A stretch of DNA of 64,000 nt from a virus. The notes beneath the pieces were generated by a model. The model did no database searches. It saw only the letters and a program-made list of their open reading frames with translations, and was not told the origin of the DNA. Position numbers and translations under genes: made by a program. Below are positions 44,796 through 51,637 of the stretch, in pieces; within the stretch, counting starts at the first letter, position 1, and every line of letters begins with the position of its first letter. The stretch spans positions 7,150 through 71,149 of the IMG/VR virus record IMGVR_UViG_3300047554_000338; one strand, written 5' to 3'.

Positions 44796-45299
44796 ATGAA
44801 GGAACTGATTGAACGCGTGCGCATGCACATCGAGGAGATCGGTGACTGCTGGGAGTGGACTGGCGCAATGCAGTCCAACGCACCCACGCCAACGATGAAC
44901 TACAAGGGCCGCGTCGGAGCGGTGCGCCGCTTCCTGGCAGAGGCCCAAGGCAAAGCCATCAAAGGCAAGCTGGTCACCTGCAAGTGCCGCAACGAGCTGT
45001 GTGTGAATCCTGATCACCTCCTGGTGGTGACGCGCAAGCGCCTCCAGGAGATGGTCTCGAAGGAACGCAAATACACCAGCAGCCCTGTCCGCATGAAAAA
45101 GCTGTCTGAGAAGGCCAGGCAGCACAGCAAGCTCAACCTGGAGCTGGCCGCGGAGATCCGAGACGCCGAGGGCACGCAGCGAGAGATCGCCGCCCGCTTC
45201 GGCATAAGCCAGGCCACCGTCAGCGTGATCAAGCGCGGCAAGACCTGGCGCGACTACTTCAACCCATTCATTCAGCTCATAGGAGGGCTCAACAAATGA
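44796..45299 (+). CDS. Degenerate HNH-type (His-Cys box-like) domain + C-terminal HTH
   Basis: CWEWTG...C.N.LCVNPDHL; TQREIAARFGISQATVS HTH. Confidence 0.7.
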   Translation: MKELIERVRMHIEEIGDCWEWTGAMQSNAPTPTMNYKGRVGAVRRFLAEAQGKAIKGKLVTCKCRNELCVNPDHLLVVTRKRLQEMVSKERKYTSSPVRMKKLSEKARQHSKLNLELAAEIRDAEGTQREIAARFGISQATVSVIKRGKTWRDYFNPFIQLIGGLNK

Positions 45300-45775
45300 G
45301 CTTCATCATCGGAATAGATCCAGGCGCGTCAGGCGCTGTCGCCATCATCGAGGACACCGGCAAGCTGGTGCATGTCTTTGAGATGCCCGCTGTCGAGATG
45401 ATCGTTGGCGGCAAAGCCAAGCGCCGCGTCTCGCCCGAGATGCTGGCTGCGGAGCTCGAGCTCTACGCCTACCAGGGCGCCAGGGCCGTCATCGAGCAGG
45501 TGGGCGCCATGCCTGGCCAGGGCGTCACCTCCATGTTTGCCTTCGGTGAGTCTTTCGGGTTGGCCAAAGGCGTCCTGGCGGGCCTGAAGATCCCCGCCAC
45601 TACCGTTACCCCTGGCAAGTGGAAGAAAGCGCTCCAGCTCAATTCTGGCAAGGATGGCAGCCGTCAAAAGGCTGCCCAGATCTGGCCGGCGTCAGCTGGG
45701 GAGTTCAAACGCGTGAAGGACGACGGCAAAGCGGAGGCTGCCCTGATCGCCTACTGGGGGAAAACAAACCCCTGA
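45296..45775 (+). CDS. RuvC-like Holliday junction resolvase
   Basis: IIGIDPG, IEQV and DGKAEA motifs. Confidence 0.85.
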   Translation: MSFIIGIDPGASGAVAIIEDTGKLVHVFEMPAVEMIVGGKAKRRVSPEMLAAELELYAYQGARAVIEQVGAMPGQGVTSMFAFGESFGLAKGVLAGLKIPATTVTPGKWKKALQLNSGKDGSRQKAAQIWPASAGEFKRVKDDGKAEAALIAYWGKTNP

Positions 45776-45839
45776 CCGATGTGTTTTTCTCAATGTTGTG
45801 TTACAGTCACTTTATCCACCGGATTTATGAGGCACACAA

Positions 45840-46877
45840 ATGAGCAAACCTGTACTGCGCGGCAACACCTACTGGATCAACGTCACCATTGATGGCCAGC
45901 GACTTCGCAAGTCGCTTGGCACTCAAGACGAGAAGCTGGCCAAGGAGGCCTACACACGCGAGCTGGCCGACTTCTACCGCACGCGCAAGTTCAAGGAGAA
46001 GCCCAAGAAGACGCTCGACCAGGCGCTCGATCGCTGGGTTGTCGAGAAGGGCAGCAAAAAGTCCTTCCAGGACGACAAGGACAAGATCGCCTTCTTCCGC
46101 AAGGAGCTGGGCAAGAAGGTCAAGTGGCTGCATGAGATCACCGCCGGCATGGTCGAGGAGATCCTGCCCCAGGACGTCAAGCCGGCCACCAGGAACCGCT
46201 ACCGCGCCCTGATCCGCGGCGTGCTCAACCGCGCCAAGAACGTCTGGGAGTGGCTGGACGAGGCGCCCAAGTTCATCGAGGAGAACGAGCCGGCCCGTCG
46301 AGTCGCATTCCTGACACACCAGCAAGCAGCCGATTTGCTGGCGCTGTTACCGGAGAAATACCGGACGCCGGTCCGTTTAGCTTTGCTCACCGGGTTGAGA
46401 AGATCCAATGTCTTCAACTTGACCTGGGAGAACGTCAACCTGGAGCTCAATACCCTGATCATTCACGCGGACGAGCACAAGGGCGACGAGCGCCAGGTCG
46501 TGCCCTTGAACGCCCAAGCCTGGCAGCTGCTGGCCACGATGCCAGGAGAGCGCCTAGGACGCGTTTTCAAGGATGTGGGCGACCGTATATCCCCCAGCGT
46601 CTGGAAACGCGTCACAGCGCAGATTGGAGCGCCCTGGTGCCGTTTCCATGACCTTCGTCACACCTGGGCGACCTGGCATGCGATGGCCGGCACTCCGACC
46701 ACCGTGCTCCAGGAGCTGGGCGGCTGGGCGACCACCGAGATGGTGCGCAAGTACGCGCACATTCCGGGCGATCACCTGGCTGCAGCAGCCGAGCGTGTCG
46801 TGCTCCCTGACACAAATCTGGCACAGCCGGCGAATGACGCCGCTGGGCCAGACTTCAAGGGAGCTGTAAGTGCTTGA
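45840..46877 (+). CDS. int: Tyrosine integrase (paired with tRNA-Ser att)
   Basis: TGLRR, FHDLRHTWATW, LGGW and KY motifs; adjacent tRNA 3' half. Confidence 0.95.
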   Translation: MSKPVLRGNTYWINVTIDGQRLRKSLGTQDEKLAKEAYTRELADFYRTRKFKEKPKKTLDQALDRWVVEKGSKKSFQDDKDKIAFFRKELGKKVKWLHEITAGMVEEILPQDVKPATRNRYRALIRGVLNRAKNVWEWLDEAPKFIEENEPARRVAFLTHQQAADLLALLPEKYRTPVRLALLTGLRRSNVFNLTWENVNLELNTLIIHADEHKGDERQVVPLNAQAWQLLATMPGERLGRVFKDVGDRISPSVWKRVTAQIGAPWCRFHDLRHTWATWHAMAGTPTTVLQELGGWATTEMVRKYAHIPGDHLAAAAERVVLPDTNLAQPANDAAGPDFKGAVSA

Positions 46878-46879
46878 TT

Positions 46880-46940
46880 TGGCGGAAGGGGTGGGATTCG
46901 AACCCACGGTACGGTAGAACCGTACACCGGATTTCGAATC
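46880..46940 (-). tRNA. tRNA-Ser(CGA) 3' half (att core; not a complete tRNA)
   Basis: GA-TTCGAAA-TCCGG-T-GTACGGT-TCT-ACCGTAC-C-GTGGG-TTCGAAT-CCCAC-CCCTTCC-GCCA; long variable arm, G discriminator. Confidence 0.9.
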
Positions 46941-46949
46941 TGATCAGAC

Positions 46950-46976
46950 AAAAAAGAGCCCTGATTTACAGGGCTC
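46950..46976 (-). terminator. Intrinsic terminator of the late/lysis operon
   Basis: GAGCCCTG-TAAAT-CAGGGCTC-T6 on minus strand. Confidence 0.8.
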
Positions 46977-47030
46977 AAGGTCTCAATGGCAATCTGCGTG
47001 GCACATGTCCACGGCACAATTCTGGCACAG

Positions 47031-47558
47031 TCATTCGTCCTCAGTTTCCATCGTGCTGAGGAATAGAGCCTTCTCAGCCTTGCGCCGTTTGACCAGGCCA
47101 GGCAGCTCCTTGCCTCCTCCCCTGGTCCACTGCATGAAGGCCTCCGCGGCCCCCTCCCAGTCCTGGCGCCCGATCTTCATCCGAATAGTGGAACGCTGAA
47201 AGTTTCCCAGCCCGGCATTGAACGCAAAGCTGGTACACGCGTCGAAAGCGCCTTGATTGCCAAGCAGATTGGGAGCAAGTCGTAAAACACCACGCTCAAA
47301 ACTAGCGACGTCACTTGCGAATAGCGCATCGATCTCTTGTTGACTCCAAACACGGCTGTCCTCCGGTCTCAGTGGGTATTCCTTGCGGATCACGGGGCTG
47401 TGGATCTCCTTCACCCGCACCATCGGCAGCCTGATCTGCTCCTGGTAAAGCACATGCCCCCAGCCGATCGTCCAGATGTGCGCGGGGCATAGGTAGGGCC
47501 GGTTTCTGCAGCCCTCGTACTGGTGCATGAGATCTGCACCGGCCTTGCTCAAATTCAC
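47031..47558 (-). CDS. Endolysin (GH24 lysozyme, soluble type, E-C-T triad)
   Basis: YEGC...PYLCPA.IWTIGWGH; FNAG.GNF..ST; GLVKRRKAE. Confidence 0.88.
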   Translation of the reverse strand: MNLSKAGADLMHQYEGCRNRPYLCPAHIWTIGWGHVLYQEQIRLPMVRVKEIHSPVIRKEYPLRPEDSRVWSQQEIDALFASDVASFERGVLRLAPNLLGNQGAFDACTSFAFNAGLGNFQRSTIRMKIGRQDWEGAAEAFMQWTRGGGKELPGLVKRRKAEKALFLSTMETEDE

Positions 47559-48058
47559 TTCTTGCTCCAGCTGCGTGAGCCGAACCAGAAGCCGATGATC
47601 CCGCCCAACATGGCCATCTCGTCAGAGCTGAAGATGATGTCGGCCAGGCGGATCAGGTCGTCCATGTTCTGGACAAGGTTGGGGTGCTCGTAGACGTAGA
47701 AGGCGATCCAGGCGTTGATCGCGCACAGCTCGAGCACGAAGATGTAGGTCACCATTGGGCGCACAGTGCCCACGAAGTTGACGACCCAGGTGCTGGCTCG
47801 CTCCAGGACCTTCTTGTCGTGGTCATACGCGGCCACAGTCATCTGCGCGTCGGTCTGCATGGCGATCTGATCGGTGCGGATCTCCTCGACCCTCTGCTGC
47901 GCTGCAAAGCCCTTGGCCGCCAGCTCGAGCTCGCGCTCTGTCTGGACCCTGGCCAGCGCCAGCTCATGCTTTTGGTCAGCTTTGTTCTGGAAGTAGTCCA
48001 GGAGCTTGGGCAGGCCAGAGATCAGCAGGCCGCCGAGGGTTGAGAACAGAGACAGCAT
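47555..48058 (-). CDS. Holin-like membrane protein (3-TM type)
   Basis: D.KHEL, VRP.VTY and IGFWFGSR motifs; upstream of endolysin. Confidence 0.65.
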   Translation of the reverse strand: MLSLFSTLGGLLISGLPKLLDYFQNKADQKHELALARVQTERELELAAKGFAAQQRVEEIRTDQIAMQTDAQMTVAAYDHDKKVLERASTWVVNFVGTVRPMVTYIFVLELCAINAWIAFYVYEHPNLVQNMDDLIRLADIIFSSDEMAMLGGIIGFWFGSRSWSKK

Positions 48059-48206
48059 TTTTAAAGTCCAATCTTTTCAAGTAGCAAATTCACAATCCTG
48101 TTCGACAGGTCGTCAGGCAGGAACCTCAGGAAGCCCAAAAACCACCAGGCAGCCCAGCCGTAACAAATGACTTTGCAGAACAGGTTGAATTGCTTTTGGT
48201 ACTCAT

Positions 48207-48704
48207 TCATCGACCGCAGCGGCGTGTTGTTTCGCAGAAGTCCATCAGCTCAACGACGCCGATGAAGACCAGGAGCACGACGAACGCGATGCCGCCAATG
48301 AGCGCGGCCATCTCCATCTGCTCCTGCTCTTTTTCCTTGCGCTTTTTTTCCTCGGCCTTGAGCTTGCGTGCCTCATGCGCGTCGTCTGCGTCCATCTGCG
48401 CCTGGCGCTGCTTAATCTTTGCCCAGACGTCAGCGCGGCCAGATGCCTGGAACAGGAGCATCAGCTCTGCCTCGAAACGCTTGGCCTCGTCCAGCGCCAT
48501 CTCGATCTGGAGCGCTGTGCCAAGGTTGGATTTGTTGCCGGATCTCTTGGCCTCCACCATCGCCTTGGTGGCCATGCTCTTGGCGTCGAACATCTTGCCG
48601 ATCATGGGCGCCAGGCCGCCTAGGTCATTGGCGACCTTGCTGGCCTTCTTGACCATGCTGATGGCTTTTTGTAGGCCCTCCAGGGCGCTGATTGGATCGA
48701 TCAC
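48207..48704 (-). CDS. Hypothetical coiled-coil protein with C-terminal TM
   Basis: MIDPISAL start; hydrophobic C-terminus; lies in lysis region. Confidence 0.6.
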   Translation of the reverse strand: MIDPISALEGLQKAISMVKKASKVANDLGGLAPMIGKMFDAKSMATKAMVEAKRSGNKSNLGTALQIEMALDEAKRFEAELMLLFQASGRADVWAKIKQRQAQMDADDAHEARKLKAEEKKRKEKEQEQMEMAALIGGIAFVVLLVFIGVVELMDFCETTRRCGR

Positions 48705-48807
48705 GATGGCAGCCTCCACATGAAGACCATGACGTAGACCGACCACAGGACCAGGCCGCAGAGCGCGGCTGCGGCGATGAACGCGATCAGCCAGTCCTTC
48801 ATGCTGA

Positions 48808-48993
48808 TCACTTGGGGAGAGAGTTATGGCCTGCGAGCCACATGGCCAGGCCGATAACAGCTGCACCTGTGAGCCAGGCGAGCTTCTTTAAAACTGATTT
48901 GCCGACTTCTGTGTAGACCTTGTTTAAGGCGACCTCGGCAGCACGCTCCGCGATCGCCTCGATCTGGTCATCAGTCAGTGGTACTTCCTTCAT
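48808..48993 (-). CDS. Small TM protein
   Basis: IAERAAE.AL.KVY.EVGKSV.KK followed by TM helix. Confidence 0.6.
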   Translation of the reverse strand: MKEVPLTDDQIEAIAERAAEVALNKVYTEVGKSVLKKLAWLTGAAVIGLAMWLAGHNSLPK

Positions 48994-49208
48994 CGCCCGC
49001 CCCTTCTTCATTCCTTGGGAGCTGGACCTCTGCCTGGGCGCGGATCTTGGCCGCGATGGGCCAGGTGTTGGTGCTTGTCGGGAGTGCCCCGATCGCGTCC
49101 AGTACCGCGTTGACTTCGTTCAGCTCGAGTTGAATTGAAATTTCCATTTGATTCTTTCGTAGGCGTCGTGGGTTGATGATGTTCTAGTTATGTCGTGCGA
49201 TTATCGCA

Positions 49209-49655
49209 TCAGGCAGTCGGTGCTTCTGGCCACTGAATGTCCCAAGGGAACCCCGTCTGCGAGCTGATGTCACGCAGAGCTTGGCGGTAGGTCGCCCAAG
49301 CCGCCTTGTCTACCGGCGCGTCCGCCACTTGCGTCCAGTCGCACTCAGACAGGCGCGTGTTGCGCGTAGACCTGACCGACGCTGCTTGCGTAGTGTCGAG
49401 CGCGGCCTTGGCCTGGTCATCGATGTCGCTCACGCTGTGCTTGGTGAACCACTTGCCATCGATCTGCTCGACGCCATCGGCAAACGCGACCTGGTAGCGC
49501 GTGGGCTGTGCCTGAGGGCCTTGAAACACGATGTCCGCGCCCATGTCGTTGATGAGCTGCTCGCTCAATTGCGCGGGGAATGATGTGTTGGCATGCAGAG
49601 CGCGGAACTCGCCCTCGTACATGACCGCGCCTGTTTCTCTGATTCTTACTTGCAT
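49209..49655 (-). CDS. Tail fibre assembly chaperone
   Basis: Near-identical to 14662..15108. Confidence 0.8.
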   Translation of the reverse strand: MQVRIRETGAVMYEGEFRALHANTSFPAQLSEQLINDMGADIVFQGPQAQPTRYQVAFADGVEQIDGKWFTKHSVSDIDDQAKAALDTTQAASVRSTRNTRLSECDWTQVADAPVDKAAWATYRQALRDISSQTGFPWDIQWPEAPTA

Positions 49656-49664
49656 GATGTTCCT

Positions 49665-51629
49665 TTATGCGATTGCCAAGAAGATGTAAGTGCCGCCAGA
49701 GGCATTGATGCCTGCGGCTGTGCTGACGATCTGGAAGCCACCTGTTGTGGTGTAGATGCTGTTGGCGTTAACTTCAGCAGCTGTGCTGTTTAGAAGTAAC
49801 GACGGGTCAGTACCTGAAACCATGCCACGGGCTGTGTCCCAGACGTACCAGTCGCCTGTGCTGTCTGTGCGCTTGACTAATACAAACCTTGCACCACCTG
49901 TGAAGCCGCAGGCGATAGTTTGAGTTGCGCCCGTACCTGTGTATGAGCCTACTTTGGAAACACCTGCACAAGTGGCAAATAGGTAGGCAACATAGGTAAT
50001 ACCATACCCATTAACCTCTTGAACTGAACCAACAGAATATGCGGCTGATGTGCGTGTAACTGTAGAACCCCAAATAGATGTGCCTTGATTATCGTAAGCC
50101 CATGTTGCATTTAAGGCGTTTGCATAATTTCCATTTGTTGAGTTAGGCGCATAGTTACACCATGTCCACCATGACTCAGTAGAACTTCTTTTCTTGGTAA
50201 TAATGAGTTCTGGCGCAACACCTAAGTTATGCGACACAGTCGTTGCACTTCCCGTCCCTGTATAGCAAACCACATCCATGAAACCGGGGGCACGCCCAAA
50301 ATTCCAATAAACATTTGAAAAACTAGCCCAACCCAATGCTGTTTGAAACCCAGTATTGTCCCAATATTGCGTCAAACTTGTACCTGCAACTTCTGCCGCA
50401 GTTGTATTAGTTACTAAATACTTTTCGCCATTTGTTGCGTTAGTTGATACACCGCGCAACCTGTCAACAGCAATTTTTGCATTAACACCATCACGCCATG
50501 CTTGAAGCTGCAAATCAACAGGAAAGCCTGTTGTGTTCTTTGTGCCTTGCGTATTGTTTGCCGCAACAGGCGCAAACACACTCGTCCCACTCGTAGGCAC
50601 TTTCATAGGGCCTCTACGAATGGCTATGTAGATGTAGGTTGCTGAACCAGAAAGGAATTGATTTCCAATGCTTCCAAAACCAGTTGCATTTGGTGAAATA
50701 TAGTTGCTGTTGTTAGCTGTTTCAGCAGCAGATAAGTTTGGATTTAATGTTGCAAATTGTGACTGAGAAAAACCTCTCATTGTGTCTGCAATAAACCAGT
50801 TTTGTGTTGCATCAGTTCTTTTTACAAGCACTAACTGAGGCTCATACCCCAAAGACACAGAAAAGTTACCACCTGAATCAGTAGTAAACGACCCACACGA
50901 AATCACATTGTCTGTTCCAGTCAGACCAAAGCCTCCTGCGTCATGGGCGAATAGGTAGGCGACATAAGTGTAACCAGAACGATTGAATGTGTCATTAAAG
51001 CCAGAACCAAGTCTTCCTAAAGTGAAGTAAGTTGAAGTTTGATACTGGTCATCGCCAAAACAAGCACCACCAGATTGTGCGCCTGTTGAATTTAATACTA
51101 AGTTGTTGCTATCAACAGTGCCAGAATCAGTTGATAGACTTCTGTGATAAACAACCCAGTTTGCCGCATTTGAAGTGCATTTAACAATAATGCACCCCGG
51201 GACACTTCCTAATGAATGGCTTATTTGTCTACTTGTTGCATTATTCCCTGTCCAAGTCACCACATCAAAGAACTTTGGTTGCTTGCGGAATGTCCATGAG
51301 GCGTAAGTAGAACCAGAACCATTTAACGAGCCATAAGTTCCCAACGTAAATCCAGAAGACGTAAACGCATCCAATCTGGAACTTACCGCTTGGGCGGCGG
51401 CAGTAGAGTCGGAAATCAATTGATTATTTGCACCTCTTAAGGTGTCAAACCATCCGTGCGATGCAACTTGACTTCTCGATTTCAACCAAACCAAACCACC
51501 CTTAGTAGACAAATCAATGCCATTGGTGATGGTCTGTGTAGAGCCGTTGCCTGTATAGAGGTATGTGCTGAACACATCCTCAATGTAGTTGGCGGCGTTT
51601 GATACCTGAGAGCTGTTTGAGCTAAACAT
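49665..51629 (-). CDS. Receptor-binding/distal tail fibre protein
   Basis: Same repeat architecture as 15118..17028. Confidence 0.75.
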   Translation of the reverse strand: MFSSNSSQVSNAANYIEDVFSTYLYTGNGSTQTITNGIDLSTKGGLVWLKSRSQVASHGWFDTLRGANNQLISDSTAAAQAVSSRLDAFTSSGFTLGTYGSLNGSGSTYASWTFRKQPKFFDVVTWTGNNATSRQISHSLGSVPGCIIVKCTSNAANWVVYHRSLSTDSGTVDSNNLVLNSTGAQSGGACFGDDQYQTSTYFTLGRLGSGFNDTFNRSGYTYVAYLFAHDAGGFGLTGTDNVISCGSFTTDSGGNFSVSLGYEPQLVLVKRTDATQNWFIADTMRGFSQSQFATLNPNLSAAETANNSNYISPNATGFGSIGNQFLSGSATYIYIAIRRGPMKVPTSGTSVFAPVAANNTQGTKNTTGFPVDLQLQAWRDGVNAKIAVDRLRGVSTNATNGEKYLVTNTTAAEVAGTSLTQYWDNTGFQTALGWASFSNVYWNFGRAPGFMDVVCYTGTGSATTVSHNLGVAPELIITKKRSSTESWWTWCNYAPNSTNGNYANALNATWAYDNQGTSIWGSTVTRTSAAYSVGSVQEVNGYGITYVAYLFATCAGVSKVGSYTGTGATQTIACGFTGGARFVLVKRTDSTGDWYVWDTARGMVSGTDPSLLLNSTAAEVNANSIYTTTGGFQIVSTAAGINASGGTYIFLAIA

Positions 51630-51637
51630 CAGTCACC

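Noticed and set aside
12044-46940. Three functional phage tRNA genes
   Set aside because: All lack the D arm and 5' acceptor strand and stop at the anticodon stem; they are att cores
13154-46940. A conventional single prophage bounded by attL/attR
   Set aside because: The bounding cores are from different tRNAs (TTTAGGT vs TTCGAAA) and neither side has host DNA
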